Shown here piece by piece: positions 37,499-46,724 of a DNA stretch of 64,000 nucleotides. This DNA is from a virus (Duplodnaviria > Caudoviricetes). Made by a program: the position numbers and the translations under genes. The notes below the pieces were generated by a model that ran no database searches, was not told the origin of the DNA, and saw nothing but the letters and a program-made list of their open reading frames with translations. The stretch covers positions 154,437 to 218,436 of the IMG/VR virus record IMGVR_UViG_3300034161_000008. The stretch is one strand, 5' to 3'. Every line of letters starts with the position of its first letter. Position 1 is the first letter of the stretch.

Positions 37499-38766
37499 TT
37501 CAAGAAATCCTTGAGTTGGTTGGCTTTGTCGAAGAGCTCACTGGCTGCGATGGCTTCGAGGTCTTTTTGGAGCTGTTCCTGCTTCCACTGATTGCGGAAA
37601 CGCGGCGACATGGTGTGCCACAACAGCGTGAAGAAATCACGACGGTCGTTGACGTGGGTGGTGATGGCGTCGATGGTGCGCAAGTCAGCGGCCAGACGGT
37701 CGCGATCTTCCTGGCTGGTCAACTTGTCCTTCTGCGCTTCAACGATCTGGTTACGCACACGCAAGAAGCGAGCTTCTGGTTTGTCGTAGGTGTCGTTGCC
37801 TGGCATGGTAGCCAGCATGATGCCGATCAGTGGGAACGGGTTCAGCGTCATCAGGCTGGAGACAGTGGCGAGGATCTTGAAAGCTTCGATCGCCATGAAC
37901 ACTGGAGTGGAGCGGAACGACGGCGTAAACACCGAGTTCATCACTTTGTCCAGCGCAGTCACCAAATGACGACCAGCGCCGTGGCGAGTAGCAAATTGGT
38001 CAGACAGGTACTCCCACGACGTCATGTCGTAGATGTTCGAGCCCAGTTCCGATTCGGACTTGCGCATGATGTTGGACAACACCACCGCTTCGACCACTTT
38101 GGCATTGCTGGATTTGGCCAGCTCTTTAATGCCTTCGCTGCCCAGACCCACTGCTTTGTGTACAGACAGCAGGATGGTCTCACGCTCAGGCAGAGTCAGG
38201 TCTGCTTTATAAGCCTGCGACAAACCGGCCAGCGCTTGGTTGGTGGTCAGACTGCGAGTCATGTACTCGTAGTAGGTGAAGATATGGCCGTCTTCATGCA
38301 GAACGATAGAAGCCAGCTCTTCGTTGGTGAACTTCGAACCGATCACGTAAGCAATCGGGAACTCGATGATGTGGGGAATCTTGGTGAAGATCCCTGTCAG
38401 TCGCGAGGTCTTGAGGTTCACGCCACCACGGCAGACAGAGCTGGCCGAGTTGATCAGTGACAACCCATTACCGGAGGACACCATGTTGCGATGGATATCG
38501 ACTACCAGCGGGTGGTTTTTGTTGACGTTAGGGACCTGTACAGCCGGACCCTGCTCGCCAAACGACATCTGAACTTCCATGTCGCAATGGTTACGGAAGA
38601 TGGTGGTGAACATCCGCGCTTCGTCGGAATCTGGCAGGGTCTTTTTCGAGACTTTGCGCAGTTGTTCAAAAGCCATGGTCAGTTCTTGAAACAAGACCTG
38701 CCCTGCTTGGAAATCGATCGACTCTAGAGAGAGCACGTTACCGCTGTTATCAAATAGGGCGCGCAT
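37495..38766 (-). CDS. Virion head protein with zincin-like HExxH motif (phiKZ gp83/84 position)
   Basis: 423 aa; N-terminal SLE site; IVLHEDGH, EYLSDQFA, hydrophobic segment near residues 290-315. Confidence 0.6.
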   Translation of the reverse strand: MRALFDNSGNVLSLESIDFQAGQVLFQELTMAFEQLRKVSKKTLPDSDEARMFTTIFRNHCDMEVQMSFGEQGPAVQVPNVNKNHPLVVDIHRNMVSSGNGLSLINSASSVCRGGVNLKTSRLTGIFTKIPHIIEFPIAYVIGSKFTNEELASIVLHEDGHIFTYYEYMTRSLTTNQALAGLSQAYKADLTLPERETILLSVHKAVGLGSEGIKELAKSSNAKVVEAVVLSNIMRKSESELGSNIYDMTSWEYLSDQFATRHGAGRHLVTALDKVMNSVFTPSFRSTPVFMAIEAFKILATVSSLMTLNPFPLIGIMLATMPGNDTYDKPEARFLRVRNQIVEAQKDKLTSQEDRDRLAADLRTIDAITTHVNDRRDFFTLLWHTMSPRFRNQWKQEQLQKDLEAIAASELFDKANQLKDFLK

Positions 38767-38795
38767 CAGAAATGACCTTTTGTGTGGAATTTACA

Positions 38796-38802
38796 CCTCA
38801 TA
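38796..38802 (-). promoter_or_regulatory. Putative late promoter TATGAGG
   Basis: 30 nt upstream of the 38766 start; same TATGAGG as at 13231 and 24614. Confidence 0.5.
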
Positions 38803-38841
38803 CTGATAGTATAGACTCCCGGAAACAACGCAGGAAAGACC

Positions 38842-40578
38842 ATGTCCAAGCCGTACCGTAAGGACCAAATCATCGGTTTTGAATGCCGACATGCAGTGCA
38901 TATGCCAGCCTTGGAACCAGGCGGGACAGATTTGCACTTCGTAAAAGAAGCTGTCCACATTCGTAACGATGATGGCACCACTTCGATCGTTCCAAACAAG
39001 CGCTTCATTAAGGACTATAAGCGCCCGTACTACGTCACCAAGAAAGGTCGTCAGAACCACAAAGACAAAAAAGAATGGGAGAAGGTCGACAGTCTCGATC
39101 GCTTCGAGTGTACGCAGTCTGAGTTGACTGACCGTATCGCTCAAACCCTGCAAGACTACAAATCTCGTGGACAGTTACGCAAGTTAGCATTGTCCCCCTA
39201 TTTATACGGTGCTGACATTCTTTCAACGGCATGCATCAAGCGTGCTTACCAAGACAAGTATCCAGACCTGATCTCCAAGTCCTCGGTAGCGGCATTCGAT
39301 ACTGAGACCGACGTACTGCACGGTACTGGTGAGATCATCATTGCTTCGCTGACCTTTCGGGACAAGGCTATCGTTGCAGTCAAGCGTTCTTTCTTGCAAG
39401 GTCTGGCCGATGTAGAAGCGACCTTTGATCGCCTCTCCAAGAAGTACCTGGGTGATGTGTACGCTGAGCGCAAGATTCAGATGGAGTTCGTGATCGTTGA
39501 AAACGAGATCGACATCATCCGTCGTGTGTTCGAACGTGCTCACCAGTGGCAGCCTGACTTCATCACCATCTGGAACATCGAGTTCGACATGGGTAAGATC
39601 TTGGCTGCGTGCAAACGCGCTAACGTCGACCCTAAAGACATCTTCTCCGATCCGTCGATTCCAAAACACGCACGCTTCTTCAACTATGTTCCGGGCAGCA
39701 AGAAAAAGAAAACAGCGTCCGGTAAAGAAACTGCTATTCCGCCTCCGATGCAGTGGCACACGGCATTCTGCCCTGCCTCGTTTTATTTCATCGACGGCAT
39801 GTGTGCGTACAAGCAAATCCGAATGGGTGAAGCTGAAGAGCCGAACTACAAGCTGGACACTATGCTTGACAAGCATTTGAAGAAACGCAAGCTGTCTTTT
39901 GAAGCACAGGGCAACCTGTCCGGCATCGACTTGCACATCTTCATGCAGTCCACGCACCCGATCGAATACATCATCTACAACTGTTGGGACTCGATCTCAA
40001 TGGAGTGTCTGGATGAGGCTACTCAAGACCTTGCACTTACGTTGGGCATGTTCTCGGGTTGTTCTGACTATACCTCGTTCCGATCACAACCACGACGGCG
40101 TGTAGATGACCTGCACTTCTTCTGCTTGCAGAATGGTTACGTGATTGCAACAACGTCCTCGGACATGGTGCATGAGTTTGATGCAATGACTCTGGGCCTT
40201 GAAGGCTGGATCATTACGTTGCCTGCGCATCTGGTGATGGACAACGGCTTACGAGTCATTAAGGAGATTCCTTCTTTACGTACAAACATTCGAGCACACG
40301 TAGGAGACTTAGACGTTTCTGCATCGTATCCGAATGGCGGGGCTGTGTTTAACATCTCCAAAGCTACGACACTGCGCGAAATCCACAAGATCGTAAACGT
40401 GGAAGAAGAAGTTGCGAAGATGGCAGGTATCAACTTGTCTGGCGGCGCATCCAACGCAGTAGAGTTCTGCACGACTATGTTTGCATTGCCTACCCTGCAA
40501 GAACTGACCCTCGAGTTCAAACAAGAAATCGGTTACGTAGAACCACTCTTGATCGAAGAGTACCGTCACGCAGCTTAA
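38842..40578 (+). CDS. Split family-B DNA polymerase, N-terminal 3'-5' exonuclease plus motif-A part (phiKZ gp82-like)
   Basis: ExoI AFDTETD, ExoII WNIEFD, ExoIII YNCWD, polymerase motif A DLDVSASYP; ends before motifs B and C. Confidence 0.8.
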   Translation: MSKPYRKDQIIGFECRHAVHMPALEPGGTDLHFVKEAVHIRNDDGTTSIVPNKRFIKDYKRPYYVTKKGRQNHKDKKEWEKVDSLDRFECTQSELTDRIAQTLQDYKSRGQLRKLALSPYLYGADILSTACIKRAYQDKYPDLISKSSVAAFDTETDVLHGTGEIIIASLTFRDKAIVAVKRSFLQGLADVEATFDRLSKKYLGDVYAERKIQMEFVIVENEIDIIRRVFERAHQWQPDFITIWNIEFDMGKILAACKRANVDPKDIFSDPSIPKHARFFNYVPGSKKKKTASGKETAIPPPMQWHTAFCPASFYFIDGMCAYKQIRMGEAEEPNYKLDTMLDKHLKKRKLSFEAQGNLSGIDLHIFMQSTHPIEYIIYNCWDSISMECLDEATQDLALTLGMFSGCSDYTSFRSQPRRRVDDLHFFCLQNGYVIATTSSDMVHEFDAMTLGLEGWIITLPAHLVMDNGLRVIKEIPSLRTNIRAHVGDLDVSASYPNGGAVFNISKATTLREIHKIVNVEEEVAKMAGINLSGGASNAVEFCTTMFALPTLQELTLEFKQEIGYVEPLLIEEYRHAA

Positions 40579-40587
40579 GGCTCATGA

Positions 40588-40653
40588 CGGCATAAACCCC
40601 ACAACCGCTTCCGGGCGTTAACCTCGGTCGACGGTTGTGGGGGACTTATGCCG
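40588..40653. terminator. Bidirectional hairpin (TATGCCG family)
   Basis: CGGCATAAACCCCACAACCG...CGGTTGTGGGGGACTTATGCCG. Confidence 0.8.
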
Positions 40654-40658
40654 CAGTG

Positions 40659-41756
40659 TTATACGTTGAAGTACGAGAACACTTTCTGACGACCGGCTTC
40701 AGTGATGTTGCCACTGAGGGTTTTGTGCAGGTCAACTTGCTTGAACGCGTTCGAACGGCCATCAGGATCAGCCAGCAGGCCGAACATGTTGACCAGGCGC
40801 TGGAACAGACGGCGATCTTCAGGAACCAGTGCAATCAGGTCGGCACCGCGATTCACTTTGACAGGGTGGAACACACCGTCTTTGTGTTCGTGGAACTTGG
40901 CCAGGATGTGGCTGAACACTGCCTGGAAGTCGTCGCCGTCGAGGTTGTTGATCACGCCGGTGAAGGTACGAGCCAACACTGCTTGGTTGCGAGCAACGTC
41001 GTCGTCAGTCACAGGCAGGCGCGGACGCATGTTGTGCATGTAGTCGTCGAACGTTTGCTTGAGGGCTTGGCCGGTAGGAGTCAAGGTGTAGAACCACTCT
41101 GGTTGGGTGTAGCCGGTTTCAGGATCGCTGTACAGCGAAGTGGTAGGACGAACCAGACCTTTCGGAACTGGAGCGGTGGCCAGCGGAACTTCAGCAGCAG
41201 GCGCAGGAGCATCGCCTTCGGCAGGAGTCGGTTCAACGAACTCGGCAGGAGCGTCAGCAGTGTCGTTCACGTTGGTGCCAGCAACACCGGCGTCAGCGAT
41301 AGCGGCAGGGGTTTCTGGCGCTTCGTTGTTCGGGTTGTTGTCGATCGCTTCTTGCAGCGCAGGGTCCAATGGCTGACCGCCGTTGATTTTGACCGAGGAG
41401 GCTTCAGGCGATTGTTGGACGTTGGCAGGTGCGGCTGGAGCATCGGCCGCAGGGGTTGCTGGAGCGGCAGGAGCAGGAGCAGCAACCTTGGCCAGGGTAG
41501 CGGCGTTAGAAGCGCGCTGTGCGTCAGTCAGGCCGTCGTCGCCTACAGCAGGCTTGCTGGCAGTCGAATCGTCTTTCACGTCGACAGCTTTGTCAGCATC
41601 AGTAGGCTCACGATCAACATCATCAGCAGGTGGTTCGATGGCGGCAGCGGCAATCTGGCTGGTAAGAGCCGAATCCGGGGCACTGGCGGCAGCGGCTTGC
41701 AGAGCCTGAGCGAGAGCGCCTTGTTGTGGGGCGTCGCTGTTGGTTTTGTCCGACAT
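40659..41756 (-). CDS. Conserved protein with long Ala/Pro/Asp-rich N-terminus (phiKZ gp81 position)
   Basis: 365 aa; RBS GGAG; TTTTATG at ~41797; helical C-terminal domain. Confidence 0.65.
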   Translation of the reverse strand: MSDKTNSDAPQQGALAQALQAAAASAPDSALTSQIAAAAIEPPADDVDREPTDADKAVDVKDDSTASKPAVGDDGLTDAQRASNAATLAKVAAPAPAAPATPAADAPAAPANVQQSPEASSVKINGGQPLDPALQEAIDNNPNNEAPETPAAIADAGVAGTNVNDTADAPAEFVEPTPAEGDAPAPAAEVPLATAPVPKGLVRPTTSLYSDPETGYTQPEWFYTLTPTGQALKQTFDDYMHNMRPRLPVTDDDVARNQAVLARTFTGVINNLDGDDFQAVFSHILAKFHEHKDGVFHPVKVNRGADLIALVPEDRRLFQRLVNMFGLLADPDGRSNAFKQVDLHKTLSGNITEAGRQKVFSYFNV

Positions 41757-41808
41757 GGGGATAACTCTCCGAGCTTAATGTTTGGGAAGAAACTTACATA
41801 AAATAGCT

Positions 41809-43143
41809 TCAGGTAATACATTTTCGCCAATCCATCTTAGCGAGCAGCAATGCCTTACCGTGAGCCAACGCCAAGAACATACCGAGGAACGCAGAGCCGT
41901 ATTCAGCAATTGCAATCGACAGACCGTTAGGGTTAGTCGCCAAGAGCTTACCAACGCAGTGCGCACAGAAGTCGGTCTTCTCGAACTTGCAGTACATGGG
42001 GCTACGGATCAAAACGTGCTTATTGGCAAACGACATGGCGTTCTCTTCGGTAACTTCTACAGAGCCTTTGCCCTGTACCACCCAGTAGCCAATAAGCTTC
42101 GTGTAGTTTGCACCATCTGCCTCGAAAGGCATGCCCAGCACAGAACCACAGTCTTCTCCAGTCACCGACATGTTGACCGAAGCACGCAACAACCACTTAA
42201 CGGACTCCCCTCCGAGCATGGTTTGGTGACCCCGGTTAAACGAACCCGCACGAAGCGAGTCGTTCATCTCAGGGAATTTGGAAATGTCCCAGCCTTCTAC
42301 TAAGGCGTTCTGGATCAGAGATACTTCAACGTTCTCCTCCAGACCGACTTCAGCACCGTGCATCAAGTACATCTTAGCACGAGCGATGTTGTAAAGCTTA
42401 CCAGGCTTCACTGCGTAGAAGTCCGCACCCATGTCGCCCTTGAGCCACTCTTTATCCATCGCTACAAGTTCCGCCATGATCTTGGCCACAACAGCCGGGT
42501 CATGCAGACGGTCTTTGTTTTCTTCGAGGAGTTTGGCTTTCAGAGCAGGGATGCGTGGATCGCTGGTCATTGTTTTGGCTGTAGCCGACGGCACGCAGAG
42601 CTGAGTAAAGCCCGGCAGGAAGAATGCGGCATCGCAAAACTTCAGGTACTCATCGACGTACAGGAAAGATGGATCGCGACCGACCCCAGAAGGTGCCAGA
42701 CCGGTGAGCTCTTCAACTGGCGTGTCCTGTAGCAGTGGACGAACAATGTTCTCCAGAAGCTTCGGTGTGATCTTGCCAGTCAGGAACTCAACCTTGTCAC
42801 CGAAAGGCCACACCAGACACAGCCAGTTTACGATCACGTTACCGAGCGGACAGTTCACTGGCTTTTTCAAGTTAGCGATTTGTCCCGGCAGCAGATCGAT
42901 GCGGTCTTTCATCGTGTACAGTGGTTCACCTACTTTGCCATCGCTGACTTGGGTGAGTTCCAGTCCTTTCTCTGGATCGACAAAGAAGTGACCGGTGTTG
43001 GTTTGGACGATGCGATAAGCGTAGGGGTCTTTACGCCATTCGTTCTCGTCTTCCTTAATAAGCGCAAAGCCTGAGACTACCCAGGCCGTACGACGGAACT
43101 CCCCTGCCTCCATGGCCTTGAGGAACAGTTCAAGCTTTTTCAT
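41809..43143 (-). CDS. rpoC: Virion RNA polymerase beta' subunit, C-terminal part (phiKZ gp80-like)
   Basis: RAGSFNRG.QT..GG...K, DCGS, RSPMYC...CAHCVG zinc site, IAEYGS...A.H. Confidence 0.85.
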   Translation of the reverse strand: MKKLELFLKAMEAGEFRRTAWVVSGFALIKEDENEWRKDPYAYRIVQTNTGHFFVDPEKGLELTQVSDGKVGEPLYTMKDRIDLLPGQIANLKKPVNCPLGNVIVNWLCLVWPFGDKVEFLTGKITPKLLENIVRPLLQDTPVEELTGLAPSGVGRDPSFLYVDEYLKFCDAAFFLPGFTQLCVPSATAKTMTSDPRIPALKAKLLEENKDRLHDPAVVAKIMAELVAMDKEWLKGDMGADFYAVKPGKLYNIARAKMYLMHGAEVGLEENVEVSLIQNALVEGWDISKFPEMNDSLRAGSFNRGHQTMLGGESVKWLLRASVNMSVTGEDCGSVLGMPFEADGANYTKLIGYWVVQGKGSVEVTEENAMSFANKHVLIRSPMYCKFEKTDFCAHCVGKLLATNPNGLSIAIAEYGSAFLGMFLALAHGKALLLAKMDWRKCIT

Positions 43144-43978
43144 AGCGAGAGAACCTTAGCAAGATGTCTTTGATAGCTGCGTCAATCAGCGTGATGCGAT
43201 CCAACGAAGCCACGAAGTCATCAACGATCTCGCGAATGGATTCACGAGGGTTGGATTGAGAGTCGCCGGAGATCAGGCACATCGCGATGAGTTCTTCCGC
43301 CGCACGCTTGGGGTCGAGGGAGTCGAGATCATCGCCGTAGGTACGAAGGTACACTTGCAGCGGATAACCCACACGCAAACCACCTTCAACCAACTCCATC
43401 ACGATCAGTTGTTTGTTTTCCAAGAACCCAACGAAGTTACGCAGGTTCACCACAGCGTCACGCACTTGAGTAGGTGGTTCCTGTTCCATGGCTACACCGT
43501 TGCGGTCACGTTCGTTGAAGAAGTCACGGATGCGATCAATGCAGCTGGAAGCCACAGTGTCGAACATCTCGAGGTAGCGCTCAGCAAACCACGGAGACAC
43601 CAACTCCAACATCTCGGCCAACTGTTCTTCTGGCTGTACGCCGTCTTGAATGCAGTCGAGGATGTCAGTTGGAATTTCGTACTCCTGAATGTCCATGATT
43701 GCGTTGACCAGCATCACCAACTCTTCAAGAAGTACGTCGAACTGAGGGATGATCCCGTGCTCAGTGACGATGTCAATCAGGAAGCCCCGTGTGAGCTCGA
43801 CTATCGCTCCCAGCGTAGCTCCATGCTCAACCGTATCGTCGAGATTAAGCAGCTCTGTAAAGCGTGCTTCAGTGCCTTGTAGCCCGATTCGCTCCATGGC
43901 CTTGTGTGCGTCTTCCAACACATCAAAAAGCTCTGAAGTAGTCGCGCCGACCAAGTAATCTCTGAGTTCTGGTAGCAT
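43130..43978 (-). CDS. Conserved acidic helical protein (phiKZ gp79 position)
   Basis: Likely start MLPELRDYL at 43978; overlaps the RNAP gene; synteny. Confidence 0.55.
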   Translation of the reverse strand: MLPELRDYLVGATTSELFDVLEDAHKAMERIGLQGTEARFTELLNLDDTVEHGATLGAIVELTRGFLIDIVTEHGIIPQFDVLLEELVMLVNAIMDIQEYEIPTDILDCIQDGVQPEEQLAEMLELVSPWFAERYLEMFDTVASSCIDRIRDFFNERDRNGVAMEQEPPTQVRDAVVNLRNFVGFLENKQLIVMELVEGGLRVGYPLQVYLRTYGDDLDSLDPKRAAEELIAMCLISGDSQSNPRESIREIVDDFVASLDRITLIDAAIKDILLRFSRYEKA

Positions 43979-44013
43979 TGCGATGATCCCCAAAAGTTAT
44001 TAAATACGACAAG

Positions 44014-44037
44014 GTGCCCTTTATATGAATTGGGCAC
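44014..44037 (+). promoter_or_regulatory. Hairpin with late-promoter TATG in its loop
   Basis: GTGCCC-TTTATATGAATT-GGGCAC, 40 nt upstream of 44078. Confidence 0.55.
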
Positions 44038-44077
44038 AATCCGCCACCTTTATTTCTAAGTCACAAGGAACACAGTA

Positions 44078-44671
44078 ATGACTCGCATGAGCGCCAATCG
44101 TTTCGAACGTAAGATCCGCGAAAAGAAAGCCCAAGAGGCACTCAAGAGCAACACCTGCTGGGACGATCTTAACCAGATCTCCGGTGCTGCTAACGAACTG
44201 ATGCAGCGTCACCTCGTGATTGCCGGGATGATGCGCAACAAAGAACTGTGCGCGTTCTTGGTGGATGCCAAGTCCGTAGCATCCAACGGCAAGCTGTTGG
44301 CCAAAGACATCACCACTCTGGCGCACGAACTGGCTGCGTTGCAATCTCTGCACGTTGAGAAAAGCGGCGGCACCGATGACCCGGACGTCGTGATGCACAC
44401 CATCAGCATCTACGAACAGTACCAGCTGTTCCTGGAGCGTCACGAAGCTGTCGTGATGCCAACCATCGGCGCACTGCTGGAACAATTCCACATCGCCGAA
44501 GAACGCCTGAACGTCGCCTACAAGGCCGGTCTGGAACAAGCTGCCGAAATGGCTGCTGACCAAGAAGCCGGTATCGAAGAAGGCGTCTTCACCGAAGTCG
44601 TTGAACCTGCTCGTGGCCAAACCGCCGAGCTGGTACACATCGACGAAAGCCCACTTCAGGAAGTCAAGTAA
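44078..44671 (+). CDS. Conserved hypothetical protein
   Basis: 197 aa; RBS AAGGA; TAATG overlap with the next gene. Confidence 0.65.
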   Translation: MTRMSANRFERKIREKKAQEALKSNTCWDDLNQISGAANELMQRHLVIAGMMRNKELCAFLVDAKSVASNGKLLAKDITTLAHELAALQSLHVEKSGGTDDPDVVMHTISIYEQYQLFLERHEAVVMPTIGALLEQFHIAEERLNVAYKAGLEQAAEMAADQEAGIEEGVFTEVVEPARGQTAELVHIDESPLQEVK

Positions 44672-46266
44672 TGACCGATGAAAAGAATCCTATCGACAGC
44701 GAAGCCAATGACCTGTCGCCGGAACCAGTTGCCCCTGCTGCCACACCCTCCGGTATCGTCGACGACGAAGACGCCGGTCAGCTCTACCTTGACGAGCCTG
44801 ACGACGAGCCGCAGGGCGTTCCTGTCCCAGCACCTAAAGCAGCAGACGAAGAAGAGGCTCCTAAACCTCCTCGACCTGATGCTCTGAACGTCAAGCAACA
44901 GCACGAAGTTTACCGTGCGATCCTGCCGACTGATGACGTTGACGAACTGATCATGTTGCCTGCGGGCACCAACGACGAAATCAACGTTGCTCTGGCCGCC
45001 ACGCCAAACGTGCGCCTGGACGACACCGAACAAACTCGTGAATGGGCATTCGTGTTGAACGAAGGCACCAAGATCACGCAGATCGGTTCGGCGTTCGAAG
45101 CGTCGGTACGTCGTGAAGATTCGATGTGGGTTCAAGAAATCCCATCTGAACTCGGTGTGCTGGCTGGTGCTGCTCCACAGTTCAAAGACAAACCGGGCGT
45201 GTTGCTGACTGGTGAGCGCGCTGTGTTGCGTCTGCGTCACCTGACTGGCCAAGGTTCGGTTTACCAAGTGCCGCTGTGGCACTCTGGTTTCTGGGTCACG
45301 TTCAAAGCGCCGTCCGACGGGGCGATCCTCGAACTGCAACGTCGCATCATGCAGGAAAAGATCGACCTCGGTCGTCACGTCCACGGCCTGGCTTTCTCCA
45401 ACCACTCGGTGTATACCGCTGGCTGGATGACCGACTTTGCCCTGAACCACATCTACGACACCAACATCAAGGACATCGCTCCTGAGCAGTTGCGTGAACT
45501 GATCGTGTCTCTGGACTTGCCGTCCGTGTTCTGGGGCATCGCCTGCGTCCAATGGCCGAACGGCTTCAAGTACGCTCAGGCGTGTGCGAACGATCCGTCC
45601 AAGTGCCAAGAAGTGGTGCGTGAGCTGATCGACGTCACCAAGCTTCAGTGGTGCGACCAACGCGTGCTGACTCCTTGGCAGGTTTCGCACATGGCCTCCC
45701 GTAACAAGAAGGTCACGCTGGATCAGATCGAGAAATACCGTTCCGAGTTCGTGGTCGGTAAACCTCGCGTCGTTGAATTGGCTCCAGGCGTTAAAGCAAC
45801 GCTGAAGGTGCCTACTGTTGCTGATTACCTGACCTCCGGTAACAAGTGGGTCGGTGCAATCGTACAGATGATCGACAAGGCATTCTCGCTGTCTCCTGAA
45901 GACGGCCAGCGTAACCAGTTCATTACCGAGCAAGGTCAAGCTTCGACCATGCGTCAGTTCGGTCACTGGTTGCAAGAACTGGAACTGCCGGGCGATCAGA
46001 AGATCACCGATCAGGAAACTCTCGAGATGTCGCTGGACTCCCTGTCCGGTAAAGAGAAGATCGTTGATAACTTCCTCAACGCCGTTGGCAAGTTCATGGA
46101 CGAAGCAACTTCGTGCGTGATTGCGATCCCAACCCACGACTGCCCGAAGTGCGGCCACAAGCGCGGTTCCAACCTGCCTCGCTACCCGCACCTGTTGCCG
46201 CTTGATGTGATGGCAACTTTTTTTATCCTTCTCGGGCAGAAGGCAACGTCAATCCGCAATCGTTAG
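44671..46266 (+). CDS. Conserved core protein, putative tail/baseplate assembly chaperone, short form
   Basis: 531 aa; acidic disordered N-terminus; LKVPT and CPKCG motifs reminiscent of T4 gp26-type chaperones; slippery heptamer 13 codons before the stop. Confidence 0.55.
   Translation: MTDEKNPIDSEANDLSPEPVAPAATPSGIVDDEDAGQLYLDEPDDEPQGVPVPAPKAADEEEAPKPPRPDALNVKQQHEVYRAILPTDDVDELIMLPAGTNDEINVALAATPNVRLDDTEQTREWAFVLNEGTKITQIGSAFEASVRREDSMWVQEIPSELGVLAGAAPQFKDKPGVLLTGERAVLRLRHLTGQGSVYQVPLWHSGFWVTFKAPSDGAILELQRRIMQEKIDLGRHVHGLAFSNHSVYTAGWMTDFALNHIYDTNIKDIAPEQLRELIVSLDLPSVFWGIACVQWPNGFKYAQACANDPSKCQEVVRELIDVTKLQWCDQRVLTPWQVSHMASRNKKVTLDQIEKYRSEFVVGKPRVVELAPGVKATLKVPTVADYLTSGNKWVGAIVQMIDKAFSLSPEDGQRNQFITEQGQASTMRQFGHWLQELELPGDQKITDQETLEMSLDSLSGKEKIVDNFLNAVGKFMDEATSCVIAIPTHDCPKCGHKRGSNLPRYPHLLPLDVMATFFILLGQKATSIRNR
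46218..46224 (+). promoter_or_regulatory. Putative -1 programmed ribosomal frameshift site T TTT TTT
   Basis: ACT TTT TTT ATC is in X XXY YYZ phase; the -1 frame is open 46206-46724; hairpin CCTTCT-CGGGC-AGAAGG at 46227-46243. Confidence 0.7.
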
Positions 46267-46724
46267 AACGTGGCAGGCAGCAGGTCCACTTGACTGCTTC
46301 CGGCTTCGGTGAAGGGATGGTTCGCCATAACTACATTAACGAGCTGATTGAGAAGGCTCCGCCAGTGGTGTCAACCGACGCCCAGCTTATGTTGCTCGAT
46401 GCCTACGAAACAACGTTTGGCATCGAGAACCATGAACAACCGCAGAAGGCTCGTCCTTTATTGTTGGTTGCTCAACAGTGGTCAGAAGACACTGGCAAAG
46501 GGAGCCATCTGTTCGAGCGGCAACAGCAATACTACGATTGTGGGATTCTCAAGTTCTTTGGGATACCTTACGACCGTTGGCTGGAACAGCCTACTGAAAT
46601 TGTTGAGGAGCAGATGCGCCGAGGCAAGGTCTGGGGTACGGCTGAGAATGCTCAGGCTGAAGCTTTAAAGCTCAGGCTTGAAGCACTGAAGAACGGTAAC
46701 GGCCAAGGCAAACTGGGGGTATAG
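46224..46724 (+). CDS. -1 frame extension of the upstream protein (fusion ~684 aa)
   Basis: Open from the slip site (YPSRAEG...); the called start is a TTG with no clear RBS; FFGIPYDRWLEQP resembles the C-terminal part of G/GT or gp51-type chaperones. Confidence 0.6.
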   Translation, partial: YPSRAEGNVNPQSLERGRQQVHLTASGFGEGMVRHNYINELIEKAPPVVSTDAQLMLLDAYETTFGIENHEQPQKARPLLLVAQQWSEDTGKGSHLFERQQQYYDCGILKFFGIPYDRWLEQPTEIVEEQMRRGKVWGTAENAQAEALKLRLEALKNGNGQGKLGV

